Below, one piece after another: positions 12,108-30,344 of a DNA stretch of 64,000 nucleotides. The stretch's first letter is position 1, and each line of letters starts with the position of its first letter. The stretch spans positions 33,666,001-33,730,000 of the forward strand of contig OX597835.1 in NCBI GenBank assembly GCA_951406725.2. Direction: 5' to 3'. The notes beneath the pieces were generated by a model, which searched no databases, was not told where the DNA came from, and saw only the letters and a program-made list of their open reading frames with translations. This stretch comes from Octopus vulgaris. Lineage: Eukaryota. The position numbers and the translations under genes are program-made.

Positions 12108-15100
12108 TCACTCGCACGCACCATCTTTGCAACATTCACCCATCTTTTTTTTAATCTTTCGCGAGACAAAACTTCCCTCTCCATTCTCACCTTCCTTTTC
12201 AAGTGGTACTTGAAAAAGTTGATGAGCGACTGGCCAGAGAGGTAAGTGTTTGTCTCTAATCCTTTCGCTCGGGTCCACTATACACATTCTTTCACCATGG
12301 CCACCAGTACGATGAAAACTGCCTTGCCTTCCCGGTTGAGGGAAGGGGGCGGAGCAATTCTCACGACAGACTCGGCCGATAGGAGGATTCGTCCCACACG
12401 TGACAGCAGCCGTTCGGCATAAGCCCACAGGTCTGAAATGGTTGGACATTGCACGAGTGCGTGCAGAACGGTTTCGTCGCTCTGACCGCATCTCGGGCAA
12501 GTCGGTCCAGTGTGTCTGGAACCGTGTCTTTGGAGCTTATCCCGAACAGGTAATGCTTCTCGATAGCACTGCCAGGCCAGGTATCCTTGGTGATTGTTCA
12601 TAGGTCCCGGCCCGAAAGTTGTCCTGAACAGGCGGGTCAGGTGTTCCTCGTCGACGCCCAGACTCTGCCCGAGTTCGTCGTCGCATTTCCCCTCCACTAA
12701 TCCTCTATAGAATGCCTTTGTTGTGATGGAATCGCACAAGTTCGATCCCGGACGGCAGAGTTGCTTGAGAGCAACGCGACACTCGCGGTGCCATTCGCCT
12801 AGCCTCGGTCTCTGCTTGATCCATGACTATAGTTCGTCGAAGGAGACGAGCTGCGGGAAAGCGCGCCGCACAAAAGGCGACCACACCTGTTCACCGTTGT
12901 CTATGAAGCGCCGGAGATGTCGCAGTCTCAGCGCATGTCTGCGCATCATCAACCACGGCATGCCCAGCCCTCCATTTAGCTGGTGTTGACAGCAAATGGA
13001 TCGCCAACCATCGGAACGTTTCCCTTCCACAGGAAGCGGAAGAGTATACGTTCCAGTTTGGTGATGGTAGGGTCGGGACAAGGCACGACGGTCAGACGAT
13101 ACTCGATGACGGATGCGATGTACGCGTTCGCCACCTTCGCCCGACCTTTTAGGGATAGCTTTCTCTCGGCCCATTTCTGGGTGAGAGTAGCCACCCTAGT
13201 TCTCCATTTGGAGGTCCGGACCGAACCAGACCCCGAGCAATTTAACCGGTCCGTCCGTCCAGCGTCCCACGATGGAGACGCTGTTGGACGGCATGGGCCT
13301 GCTTCTCCAGGTGCCGAGCCGCAAGCCCACTGACTTTTCCCGGTTAATTTTTGCTCCCGTTACCGCTTCGTATTATATTAGTGTCTCGCCGACCAGCTCG
13401 ATGTGCTCGTAACTCGACACTATGACGGTGACGTCATCCGCGTATGCAGACACGCTCATCCCGCATCCCAGCTTTCGTGGGATGCCCCTCAGCGTCGCCA
13501 GTTTCCGCAGTAGTGGCTCAAGAGTCAATACATACAGCAGCGATGAGAGAGGGCATCCCTGACGAACCGAACGCATGATGTTAAAAGGTCTGGATAGATG
13601 ACCATTTACGCAAACTACTGAGCGGATGCCGCTGTATAAGGCAGCGATCCAACCGCGGAAAACTGGACCGAAACCAGCCGCTTTAAGGACAGCCTCCAAG
13701 TAGTGATGGTCTACCCTATCGAAAGCTTTTGATTGATCCAAATTGATCAGCGCCCCACCCATGCCAGGATTCTTAACTACGCTGTCTATGATGTAGCGCA
13801 TCAGATGGAGGTTGTCATGAATACTTCTACCCGGCACGACGCATGTTTGCGCCTTGTCGATTAGTTTCTTGATGACAAGCGCCAACCTCTCGGCTAGCAC
13901 CTTGGCCAAAATTTTCAAATCTGCGTTGAGCAGAGTGATGGGCCTGAAATTATCTATGACGTCCCCCTTGTTTGGGTCTTTCTTAATCAGTGCCACTGCT
14001 CCTCGCTTTACAAAAGCAGGAATACTCCCGTTTTGCTGCCAGTTGCAGTAGACAGCTGCCAAGACGCCTCCAAACAAGTCTGGCATATGACAATAAAGTT
14101 TGTAGGGCAGACCATCCAAGCCTGGTGACTTGTCTCTCGCGCAGCCTACCATCGCATCCTGTACGTCCGCAGCTGTGATAGGCCTTTCACAAGACTCCAC
14201 CTCTCTTGCTGAGAGTCGTGGCAAGGCATGCAGGTAGGCACTAAAGTCCACTCTGCGTTCTGACCCACCACTTGTCCAAACAGTTGGGTGAAGTGTTGTT
14301 GAAAAGCCCCACCCATCCTTTTAGGCTCGAGCAATTCGCGCCCCTGTTCATCTATAAGAGACTTGATTGTGGCTCTGTGGCCTCGTTGCGTCTCCACCAC
14401 TCGGGCCTCTTGAGCGGCTCCAACTCCTTCGTTCCTCAGAGCACGCATCCTAGCTCTGACAACGCATCCCTCGTGTTTGGCATTGAGGTGTTGGTCGAGG
14501 GCCAATCTCGCCGCCACCACGTTGGACGCGATGCCAGTTCAAAGTGCGTCTTCTAAAACCTTAACTAATTCTCCCTCTATTCTATTTCGGTCTAATGCTA
14601 GGGCTTTACTGTATCTGACTGATTCTGCTTTAATTGCTTTTTTTTAGGGCATACCACCATCTGTTGTTGATGATGGTACCCGTCAAAGCTCTCTTAACTA
14701 ATGTGCTGATCCGGTCCCTGTAAACCTGTCGTGCTGTAAAAGACGCGTTCAGTTTCCAGTAACCAGGACCCTGCCTATGAGTCTTATCTAAGTCAAGTGT
14801 ACAAGTCACAAACTTGTGATCTGTGTAACTGACTATATGAAATTGTGGACAACCTACACTATTTTTATCTATTGTCCTACAGAATACTCTATCTAAGTAT
14901 GATCTGGACGACCCGATGCGGTTACTCATGTCCACATTGGCACATTCGGGTGGTCCAGTCGGTACCTGTCAGACAGTTGGAAACGTCTGAGCAGGTCTTT
15001 GAGGCATTTGCATCCCCTTCTATTGCTATCTCTGCCCACGTAGTCTAGATGCGTGTCCAGGGTGGCATTCCAATCCCCCACTAAAAGTAAAGGACGAGAC

Positions 15101-15514
15101 GTTCCCATGAAAGACTCGAAAGAAATCTGGTCGGCCTGTTAAGGACGGAGCATAAACTGCTATCAGTCGAAAAGCACACTCATTGCTGCCATCGACATCC
15201 AAAACGACCAGCCTACCCTCCGGGTCTAGGAAAATTGCTCTTACTTTGAGATCCAGACTCTTCCAGAGAAGCACCGCGGTGCCACCTCCGCCCATTCTCG
15301 ATAGACACGGAGAAAAATAAATGTTGAAATGTGTACCGAAACTGTGCTGGAGTGCCCGCGAGCTGTGGAGTCTGGTCTCACTGATGGCTATGATATTCAG
15401 ATTTAGTGACTTGATGTCATTTAACAGGTAGCCTTGTTTCCAAGGCGACCCCAAGCCATGTACATTTATACTGCATATTCTGAGAATGTTACGATAAAAA
15501 ATTGTGTTTTGCAC
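12108..15514 (-). pseudogene. ORF2 (APE endonuclease, reverse transcriptase, CCHC) of copy A, frameshifted
   Basis: SINVHG, ISETR, VYAP, GDWN, SYLDR, TDHK, GPGYWKLN; KSPGLDG, FRPITLLNADLKILAK, DQSKAFDRV, RQGCPLS, YADD; CPRCGQSDETVLHALVQC; spread over several frames. Confidence 0.92.
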
Positions 15515-15589
15515 ACGAAAAGAAAGTGCAAAAAAGGAAAGAGAGAGAGAAAAGGTTACTTGTTGTTCGAAAGTCCTTTGTTTTTCACC

Positions 15590-17800
15590 TCACAGTCTTC
15601 TTCCATGAGGTTTTTGTATAGTTTCTTTGATGAATATTTTTGAAACCTCCCTACTGCATGAGGGTAAAGAGATTTCAGGGTGCTGTATGTGTTCTGTTAC
15701 GTGTATTATTTTAATGTGTTGTGGTGGTGTTGTGCGTGGCTGGTTATTTGTTTTTATGTCGTTTTCAGTTATGTTGCTGTTTGACCTAATGTGTTCCATT
15801 AGGTCGTGGTTGTTTGTGTTTATTGCTGTCAACATTGTTGGGGGGTTTGATGATGGTGTGTTTGTGTTGATGTGTTTGTTTTCTGTGGATGTTTTTGTTT
15901 CGGGAGTGGTGAATCTTCCTGCTTTGTTTGTTATCTTTTCTTTTCTTTTTTTCCCCTTTTTCTTCTCCCCCAATCTTCTGTGTCTTCTTCGTCTAATGAC
16001 AAATCAGAGGAATCAGAGCTTGGAAGAGGGAAAATATTGGGGTCTATTGTAGACTGTGTTGATTTTGTTGTTGGTATTGGTTGGTGAGCGTTAGGTTGTG
16101 GTGTATGCGGTTTTGGAGGTGGGGTGTGGGTATTTTGTGTTTGAGTGATTGTAGGTATTTTTGTGTTGTTTGGGGTGTCAATTTTGTGGGGATTTAGAGT
16201 TGTGATTGTTTCTTCATTTTCGATGAGTGTCTTTTTGGCAGATGTCCTTGGTTTGGGAGTTGGTTTATTCTTGGTTGTTGTTGTTGTTGGTGTTGCTTCT
16301 GTTCTTGGTGCAGTTGGTGTGGTTGTTTGGTTGGTGAGGTTTGTTTTTTTTTATTTTCTGTGATTAGTCCTGTTTGTACAATTTGTGGTGTGGGCAGTAA
16401 AGCTGGCTTTTTTGTTTTTTCCGGCTGCTGTTGTTGTTGCTGTTGTTTTCTTGCGGCATATTTGCAATCTTTTTTTAGGTGTTGCTCACTGCCGCATATG
16501 TAGCAACGTGGTCTTCTGCCATCGACGACCACATACAACTTGTGGTCTTCTGATACACATATCTGGGTGGGTATTTTCTTTATGTCCTCTTGGTTTATAT
16601 GTAGTAGAAATTCTACTCTTTTTCCCACCCAGTTTTTGTGCTCCGTGACTGTAGTTTCTAAAATTGTGAAATCTTCCATTTTCACACATAAGGCCTTTAC
16701 TAGCCATAGATTGTTTGCTATTTTTGGGACATTGTTTAAAGTGATCTTAGTCACTTTCTGTCCACGATAGCTTGGTGTTAGTTGCAGTTCATCTGAATGA
16801 AGAGTTAGCGTTGAGAAACGTCTTGCTAACTCTTCAGTGTGGAAGACCACTTGTATGTGTGCGAACTTGTTCCACCAGGTCACATACTCTTTGTAGTTCC
16901 AGATGGGTTTCAAGCATTTTTCGATTTTGCTTGTGTTAGCCTTCTCTGGACTTTTTGTTTTCTTATTAATTATTTTATATATAATAGTTCTTTTTTTTTT
17001 CATTTACTAATATTTCTTGTGACATGTTTATTTTTACTATACCATCTACTTCTGTTATTAAAATATTCGTATCTTTTATCTGCTGTGCAGTAAAATATAC
17101 TGTTGTTTTTTTTTCTTTTATCGCCTCGGCGAAATTTGTTGTTGTTTTGTTATTGTTGTTGCTGGTGGTGATGTTGTTGTTGGCTGCAGTTGGTAAAATC
17201 GGTGTATTTGGTTTGATTGTGCAAGTAGGAAGGGGTGGAAAATTACTTGCATAGTGTGTTCCTGTGTTCGAGCAGCTTTTGTCAATTTGTTTGGTGGTCA
17301 CAGTTTTTTGTTTATTCCCTTCAGTTCTTGGTGTTGGAGTAAACAAGGTCTGAACGGAATTGTTGTTGTTGTTATTGTTGTTTTGTTGTTGGTGTTGGCG
17401 GTGGTGTCAGTGGCAGAAGAGACAGCCGTGGAAGAAGAGAGACAGCCGTGGCAGCAGATGTCGAAATGGTGGCGCAATTGTTGTTATTCTTGTTGTCATT
17501 GTTATCGTTGTTGTTGTTGGTAGTTGAGGTAGTGGATGAGGTGGCTGTGGTGGTGGTGGTGGAGGCGGTGGTGGTGGTGGAGGCGGTGGTGGGAGCAGTA
17601 GTAGTCTTGTTGGTGTTGTTGTTAGTGGTGGTGGTGACAGTGATGTTATTGCAAGTGGTTGCAGCGTTCACTGCCATGTCATTTAGGTTTGCACTTTGCG
17701 TGCATGAGTTCTTTTTTTCTTCTCCTAGCGTTTTCAGACTAGGAAAATGTTGGTCGATAAAGGAACGCGACCAGCTTTCTACAATACAATTTCTCGACAT
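15590..17800 (-). pseudogene. ORF1 (gag-like, single zinc knuckle) of copy A, frameshifted
   Basis: Starts MSRNCIVESWSRSFIDQHFP; Thr/Asn-rich linker; CYICGSEQHLKKDC (CX2CX4HX4C); C-terminus homologous to copy B. Confidence 0.85.
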
Positions 17801-17997
17801 TCTCAAAATGTCGAGAAGAAAATTACACAAATCAAATAGGGTTGAAACTGCCCCTAGGGGCGAATTCCTCCCTTGGAAAAGCACTCAAACGAAAGTTGGG
17901 TGCCTTACACACCTTATTTACAAAAATTTACACAAAATATGGTCTATAAATAGTCAAAATAAACGATTACCTTCGGAGCCGAAGTGACAGCACGTCC

Positions 17998-18329
<332 letters not shown>

Positions 18330-18622
18330 ACTTTTTATTGTAGCCACACAGGGCTAAACACAGAATAAAAATGGACGAAATACAATGTAGAATTTTTTCT
18401 TTTCGAGGTGGGATGGGTGGGGCACAAAAAAAAAAACGTTTGATCAATAGGGATCTCTGGGATGTGTGGTGTATAAAAAAGCAATATATATATATATATA
18501 TAAGGTTCACAGTTTAGGTGTAGCCTTGGAAAGAAAAACCTACAAAAAAGACCAAGGTCACCTCAGACAATTCGAAAAAGAACACATGAGTAAGTCGCCT
18601 TAATTCTCGTTGTCTCTTTTGG

Positions 18623-21600
18623 TTACAGATTTATGCTTAAAATAGTGTCGTCTTCCATACTGACCATTTTTGCCACTTTTACCCACTTTTTATTAAAACA
18701 TTCGTTCGACAAAGCCTTCCTCTCTATTCTCATCCTCCTTTTCAAGTGGTACTTGAAAAAGTTGACGAGAGACTGACCAGAGAGGAAGGTGTTTGTTTGC
18801 AGTCCTTTCAAACGCGTCCACCACACACATTCTTTCGTCATAGCCATCAGCGTAACGAAAACCGTTTTCCCTTCCCGTTTAAAGGAAGGTGGTGGAACAA
18901 TATTCACGATAGACTCGGCCGATAGGCGAGCCTGACCTACACGTGACAACAGCTGTTCGACGAAGGACCACAGCTCTGAAATATCTGGACACTGCACGAG
19001 TGCGTGCAGAACGGTTTCGTCGCTCTGACCGCATCTCGGGCAGGTCGGTCCGGTGATGGTTTTCGAACCGTGTCTGTAGCTCTTCTCTCGAACAGGTAGT
19101 GCGTCTCGATAGCACTGCCAAGCCAGGGATTTCTGGAAGTTATTCCATAGGCCCCGGCCCGAACGTCGTCCTGAACAGGCGGGTTAGGAATTCCTCGTCG
19201 ACGCCCAGGTTTGCCCCGAGTGTGTCGTCGGACCTCCCCTCCACTAGTCCTCTATAGAACGCTTTAGTCGTTTGTAAGTTGCACAAGTTTGACCCCGGTC
19301 GGCGAGCTGCTGTAGAGCTTGGCGACACTCTCAGTGCCAATCGCCCAGTTTCGGTCTCTTTTTGATCCACGTTTGCAGTTCGGACAGTGAGACGAGCTGC
19401 GGGAAGTCGCGCCTCACAAACGGCGCCCACACCTGTTCACCGTCGTCGATGAATTTCCAGAGATGTCGCAGTCTCAGCGCATGCCTGCGCATCATCAACC
19501 ACGGCATGCCCAGTCCTCCATTCAACGGATGTTGACAGCAAATGGACTTCCTCACCATCGGAACGCCACCCTTCCACAGGAAGCGGAAGAGTATGCGTTC
19601 TAGTTTGGTGATGGTGGCGTCGACACAAGGTACGACGGTCAGGCGGTAATCGATGACGGATGCGATGTACGCATTCGCCACCTCCGCCCGGCCTTTTAGA
19701 GACAGCTTTCTCTCGGCCCATGTTTGGCTGAGAGCGACCACTCTACTCGTGATCTCGTCCCAGTTCTTATCCATTTGGAGGTCCGGACTGAACCAGACCC
19801 CGAGCAATTTAACCGGTCCGTCCGTCCAGCGTCCCACTACTGAGCCGCAGTCGGACGGCATGGGCTTGCTTCTCCAGGTGCCGAGTAGCAAACCCACTGA
19901 CTTTTCCGGGTTAATCTTTGCTCCCGTCACCGTTTCATATTTTCTTAGTGTCTCGCCTATCATCATGATGTGTTTGTCGCTCGACACTATGACGGTGACA
20001 TCTTCCGCATATGCCGACACGCTAGTCCCGCAACCCAGTTCCCGTGGGATGCCCCTCAGTGTCGCCAGCTTCCGCAGTAGCGGCTCGAGAGTCAATACAT
20101 ACAGAAGCGCCGACAGGGGACACCCCTGACGGACCGAACGCGTGATGTCAAACGGTTTCGACAGGTGACCGTTCACCCGAATCACCGATCGGATGCCGCT
20201 ATACAAGGCAGCGATCCAACCGCGGAAGACGGGACCGAAGCCAGCCGCCCTGAGGACGGCCGCCAAGTACCGATGGTCGACCCTATCGAAGGCTTTAGAC
20301 TGATCCAAATTTATCAGCGCCCCACCCATGCCAGGATCCTTAACTACCCTGTCCAAAATGTAGCGCATCAGATAGAGGTTGTCATGTATGGTTCTACCCA
20401 GCACGGCGCATGTTTGCGCCCTGTCGACCAGTTTACCAATGACAAGCGCCAACCTCTCGGCTATTACTTTGGCCAAAATTTTCAAATCTGCGTTGAGTAG
20501 AGTGATGGGCCTGAAATTATCTATAAAATTCCCCTTGTTTGAGTCTTTCTTCAGCAACGTCACTACACCTCGGCTCACAAAACCGGGGATTCTCCCGTTT
20601 TGTTGCTAGTTGCAGTAGACTGATGCCAAGAGGTCGCCAAACAAGTCTGGCATTCGACAATACAGCTCGTAGGGTAAACCATCCAATCCAGGCGACTTAT
20701 CCCTCGCGCCATCGCATCCCACACGTCAGCGGCTGTGATGGGACTTTCACAACACTCCGCTTCTCTTGCCGAGAGCCGCGGCAGGTCAGTCAGGTAGGCA
20801 CTGAAATCCATCCCGCGTTCCGACCCACCACTCGCACCAAACAGTCGAGCAAACTGCTGTTGAAAGGCCTCACACATCCTTTCGGGTTCGAGTAAACTGC
20901 ATCCCTGTTGATCTATTAGAGACCGAATGGTTGATCTGTTGCCACGCTGCGCCTCCGCTACCCGGGCCTCTCGCGCAGCTTCAATCCCTTCGTTCCTTAA
21001 GGCACGCATTTTAGCTCTGACGACGCAACCTTCGTGCTTGGCGTTGAGGTGTTGGTCGAGGGCCATCCTCGCAGCCAGCACGTTGGTTGCGCTGCCAGTG
21101 GTAAGTGCCTCTTCTAGTTTCTTAACTAAGTCTCCCTCTACTCTATTTCGTTCTATCGCTAATTCCTTGCTAAACCTAATTGATTCCGATTTTATTGCCA
21201 TTTTCAGGGCGTACCACCAGCGGTTGTTGACGACGGCTCCCGTCAGCGCCCTCTTAATTAACTCGCTAATCCGGTTCCTGTAAACCTGTCGCGCTAACAG
21301 CGACGTGTTCAGTTTCCACTAACCGGGACCCTGCCTATGTGTTTTATCTAAGTCGAGCGTACACGTAACAAATTTGTGATCTGTGTAGCTGACTATTTAA
21401 ATTGTGGACATCCTACACTATCCCTATCCGCTGTCCTGCATAGAATTCTATCTAGATAAGATCTCGACGATCCGACGCGGTTTGTCCAAGTCCACGTTGG
21501 CACGTTCGGATGGTCGAGTCGGAACCTGTCAGACAAATGGAAACGTCTGAGCAGGTCTTTGAGGCTCTTACACCTCCTTCTATTCCTATCCCTTCCCATA

Positions 21601-22063
21601 TAATCTAGATGCGTGTCCAAGGTAGCGTTATAATCCCCTACTAACAGTAAAGGTCTAGACGTACCCAGGAAAACCTCTAGACGTCTGAAGAAATCCGCCC
21701 GACCCGTTAAGGACGGTGCATAAACTGCCATCAGACGGAATGCACACCCATTTCTGCCATCCACGTCCAAGACAACCAGCTTACCCTCCGGGTCTAGGAA
21801 TATTGCTCTTACTTTTACCTTTAGACTCTTTCGAAAAAGCACCGCAGTACTCCACCACCCATGTTCGGCAGACAGGGAGAAAAATAAATGTCAAATTGAT
21901 TGCCAAACATGGACTCGAGGGCCCGCGGCTTACTGAGTCTGGTTTCATTGATAGCTACTATATCCACGTCCAGTGACTTGATGTCGTTTAGAAGGTAACC
22001 TTGCTTCCAAGCCGACGCCAAGCCACGCGCATTCACACAACCTAATTTAAGCATACTTGACAT
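18623..22063 (-). pseudogene. ORF2 (APE, RT, CCHC) of copy B, frameshifted, catalytic YADD reads YAED
   Basis: CVNARG, INETR, VYAP, GDYN, SYLDR; 415-aa RT ORF 19331..20578 with RQGCPLS and SAYAED. Confidence 0.92.
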
Positions 22064-22141
22064 TTACGAAAATTGTGTTTTACACACTATATTAGAAGAG
22101 ACAAGAGGCAAGAAGGGAGGTCACTTACTCATTTTAAAAGT

Positions 22142-24020
22142 TTAATTTTTTACTTCTTCTTCTTTTGTATTGTTTTTGATGAGGTGTTTGTATAGTTTTT
22201 TCGACAGGTATCGTTGATACCCGCCTACCGCATTCGGAAATATTGTTTTCAGTATGTGGTGTTGTGCTTGTGTTATGTGTAAAATTCTGATGTGTTTCGG
22301 TGGTGTGGTGTGTGGATGATTGTTTCTCTTAAAGTCATCTTCACAGATGACCATGTTAGATTTGATGTAGTCCATTAATTCTTTATTGTCTGTGTCTATT
22401 GCAGTTAGTTGTGTGTGTGGTTTTACGGGTTCATTACTTTTTTGATTGTCTAGGGGGATGTTGTCCGGAGTTAGATATATCCCTGCTTTACTTCCTTGTT
22501 TGGTGGGTTTTTTGGATCTTTTTCTTTTACCCCCTGTGGCTATTTGCCATTCCGTCGAACTTTCGTCGTCCGACGTATCAGTATGGGGTAGAGGCAAAAC
22601 ATTTGCATTACTATGTATGCTTGTAGAAATTGTTGATTTTTTGTGCGGTGTTTGTGTTGTTGTGGTGTTAGGGGTAGAATTTGTCTTCTCGTCACTGTTT
22701 TCTGTCTTTTTAATTGTCGTCCTCGGTGTGGGTGTTGGTCTATTTTTTGTTGATTCAACATGTTTAATTGGCTGTGACGTCAACGGTGATTGTGTTGGTA
22801 CTGTTTCTTTTCTTGGTGATGTTGGGGTTTGTTTGCTGGTTTGTTGTTTTTCTTGGCATTGTTCCATAATTGAGTGTGTTGGTGTTGGTGTTGGCAACAA
22901 AGGGATTTTATTTGTTTTCTGATTTGTTCTTTCTTGTTTTTTCTGTACCAGATCGCACTTGGCAATCAAATGTTCGGGGCTGCCACATTTGTAGCATCTA
23001 GGCTTTTTGCCTTCTGCCACAACATATAGGCATTGCCCATTCTCCAAGTGGATCTTATCCGGTAGGCTCTCGATAGAGGCCCCCTCAATCTGGATGGTCA
23101 CCACTATTGTTTTCCCACCCCAAATGTCGCCAGGGTACACGGCGGTCTCCAAAATATTAATATTTTTTAAATGGTAACAGATTGCCCCTGTTATCCATTT
23201 GTTAGGAAGCTCGGGAGGTACATTTTTAATAGTGATTCGACTCACTCTCTGGTTTTTGTAGTATGGGACCATGATGATTTCATCATTTCCCAGAGACTCA
23301 GTAGAGTGAGCTTTTGCCACTTCCTGGTTAGGGAAGCGGACCACTACTGTGTTAAACTGGGGACCCCAGTTTATATACTCTTTTTCTTTCATTATGTTTT
23401 TTAAACTTTTTTCCACATCAGTTTTTGTAATCTGTTCATTTAGTTTTTTGTTTTTTCTAATAATTTTATATACAATTGTCTTATTTTCTATTTCTTGCTT
23501 TATGTGTTGAGGTGTATGAAGCACTAAATCTTGTCCACGGGTTGTAAAGAGAGCTCTAGTTTCTATGAGCTCTTCATTTGTGAATGTTACTATTTCTTTC
23601 TTCTGGCGAAGAGTGTCTGCGAAATTTACTGTTGTTGATTTTTTTTGTATTAACATCTTTACTATTAGATAGTTCATTTTTATTCTTGTTCTCGTTGTTG
23701 CTGTTTCTTTTGTCAATAGTTTTCGTGCGAGTTTTATTTTTATCATTTATGTTGGTCGTGGTAGTGGTGGTGGTGGTGGTGGAGTTGGTGGTGGAGGTGG
23801 TGGTGGTAGCAGTAGTAGTCTCGTGGTTGCTGTTGTTAGTGGTGGTGGTAGCGGTGGTGACAGGGCTGTTACCGCACGTGGTTGCAGCGTTCATTTCACC
23901 GATATTTATATTTGCACTTGGCGCGCGGACGTTCTTTTTTTCTCCTATTGTTTCCAACTTAGGAAAATGCTTGTCAATTAAAGAACGCGACCAGCGTTCT
24001 ACAATAAAATTTCTAGACAT
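22142..24020 (-). pseudogene. ORF1 of copy B (one frameshift near 23640-23740)
   Basis: MSRNFIVERWSRSLIDKHFP start (23574..24020), continuing in 534-aa ORF 22142..23746 with CYKCGSPEHLIAKC knuckle and basic KRKRSKK. Confidence 0.87.
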
Positions 24021-24222
24021 TTTCTAATGTCAAGAAGAAAATTACAGAAATGAAATGGGGTTGAAACTGCCCCTAGGGGCGAATTCCTCCCTTGGAAAAG
24101 CACTCAAACGAAAGTTGGGTGCCTTACACAACTTATTTACAAAAATGTTCACAAAAATTGAGCTATGAATAGTCAAAATAAATGATTACCATCGGAGTCG
24201 AAGTGACAGCACGTCCATAGAC

Positions 24223-24303
<81 letters not shown>

Positions 24304-24305
<2 letters not shown>

Positions 24306-24393
24306 TTTCTTTATTGGCCACACAGGGCTGCACACAGTTGGGACAAGTTACAAGGTAGAGCTTTTCTTCTGGGGGATGAAGAGAACAAAAAAC
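24304..24393 (-). mobile_element. 5'-truncated 3'-end stub of the same Tx1 family (copy C)
   Basis: TTTATTGGCCACACAGGGCTG..GGACAA..TACAA.GTAGAGCTTTTC matches the 3' end of A; GATA repeats on both sides. Confidence 0.85.
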
Positions 24394-24831
24394 AGATAGA
24401 TAGATAGATAAACACTATACAAATATATATAGGCACAATGAATTATCCAATACCCAAGTATCATTGTTACTCTACATATATCTGCGTGGATGTGTGTATA
24501 CGAGTGCGTCAGTGTGCATGTGCATGTGCATCCGTGCGTGTGTGATTGTTTGCGCGCATGTGTGTGTATGTGCCTGTGTGTGTGTATGTGCGTGGGTTTT
24601 TTTGCTAGACTTTGCTGACTTGTGTGTTCCAGAGAGAAAAGATGATTAATTCACCATCACTCAGTGGCACTCTCTGATCAATTGTGTATACATTCTTTCT
24701 GTGTACAGAAGTACTATATACCTCTTTATGCAGCTTCTAACCACACATCTCACCTCTGACCTTTTATACAAATAACAATTTGGTGATGACCATTTCTTTA
24801 GATCTTAAATACATTAGAAAAATGCATAATA

Positions 24832-24864
<33 letters not shown>

Positions 24865-24876
24865 TCGTACATATCT

Positions 24877-24915
<39 letters not shown>

Positions 24916-24969
24916 AAAAACATGTATGTGTACGTGTGTGTGTATTCATATATTCATACATATCTGTCT

Positions 24970-25029
<60 letters not shown>

Positions 25030-25232
25030 GTATATATATATATATATATATTCAGACATATCTATCTATCTATATATGTATGTATGTAAGTATATATATA
25101 TAGATAGATAGAGAGATAGATAAATATATAGATAGAGAGAGAGAGATGGATAGATAAATAGAGAGAGTGATGTGGGTATGTATATATATATGTATATATA
25201 TATATATGTATATATATATGTATGTAAATATA

Positions 25233-25371
<139 letters not shown>

Positions 25372-25469
25372 CATTTTGCTCCCTACTTTTGTATTCATGT
25401 ATCTATTATGTATCTAGTTTCCTTTTTCTTTCTTTCAGTGTCACTATTACCATAAATATTGACCCAGCT

Positions 25470-25584
25470 ACCTATATACCTACCTACATACCGACCTACC
25501 TGCCTACCAACCTACCAACCTACATACCTACCTACCTACCTACCTACCTACCTACCTACCTACCTACCTACCTACCTACCTACT
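25470..25584. repeat. (TACC)n tetranucleotide microsatellite
   Basis: Direct reading. Confidence 0.9.
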
Positions 25585-25656
25585 GACCTATTACATTTAT
25601 GAATACACAAGTATATTACGTCTGTTGTGTATGTGTGTACATTGTCATATTATATA

Positions 25657-25704
<48 letters not shown>

Positions 25705-25775
25705 TACATATATGTGTGTGCGTGTGTGTGAGTACATCTATATAAGTATAGATAGATAGATAGATAGATACATAT

Positions 25776-25842
<67 letters not shown>

Positions 25843-26041
25843 TATGCATATATGTTTATCTATATATCTTCCTATATATATAAGGCTATATATATGTACC
25901 TATACATCATTATGTTATATATATTTATGTATATAGATAAACCGATATATAGTTAATATTCATATATACACGTGTGTCTGTGTACAAATATACATACATA
26001 TATATTTATATAATTATGTATATGTGTACATAAATATATAT

Positions 26042-26090
<49 letters not shown>

Positions 26091-26409
26091 CATACTTACT
26101 GTCCGATCATCCAGTCTATATGAATAACAATGTTGGTTTTCCATTCTTTTAATGTATTTTAAAATCTAAGGAAATGGACATCGCCAAATTGTTATTTGAA
26201 TAAAATGTCACAGGTCAAATGTGTAGAGAGTAAATACAAAGAGGAGTTTATATTATTTCTATATACATTAAAAAAAAGCAAAAAAATGTTTACACAATTG
26301 ATCAGACAGAAACACTAAGTGATGGCGAATTAATCATCATTCCTCTCTGGAACGCACAACTCAGCAATCTCTAGGGAAACTCACACACACGTGCGCCCGT
26401 ATACATGTA

Positions 26410-26447
<38 letters not shown>

Positions 26448-26469
26448 TTACCACACAGCCACCCCTGCG

Positions 26470-30105
<3,636 letters not shown>

Positions 30106-30344
30106 AATATACATATACATATACAAATGCATATATATAGATATATATATGTGTGTGTGTATGTATATATTGCTATACTTGGGGAGGGTCATATTGTGTC
30201 AATCAGGCACACGGACTATTTGTTTGATCTTCCCTTTATCTTTATTATCTTTATTTTTCCTATTATTCTATTAGCTTATTGGTCAAAGTTCTTTCGTCAC
30301 ACGTTCTGTGACCGCCAACCATTTTCTGTACCATATGTCTCCTC

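Larger units (their letters stand above)
11786..17997 (-). mobile_element. Full-length Tx1-like (L1 superfamily) non-LTR retrotransposon, copy A
   Basis: 5' end GGACGTGCTGTCACTTCG; ORF1 with CCHC knuckle; ORF2 with APE, RT and C-terminal Zn motif; 3' UTR ends AGCCCTGTGTGGCTAATAAAAGAAAGT-(TATC)n. Confidence 0.93.
18330..24216 (-). mobile_element. Full-length Tx1-like non-LTR retrotransposon, copy B (diverged relative of A)
   Basis: Same 5' start GGACGTGCTGTCACTTCG, same ORF1/ORF2 layout; 3' end AGCCCTGTGTGGCTACAATAAAAAGT-(TATC)n. Confidence 0.93.
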
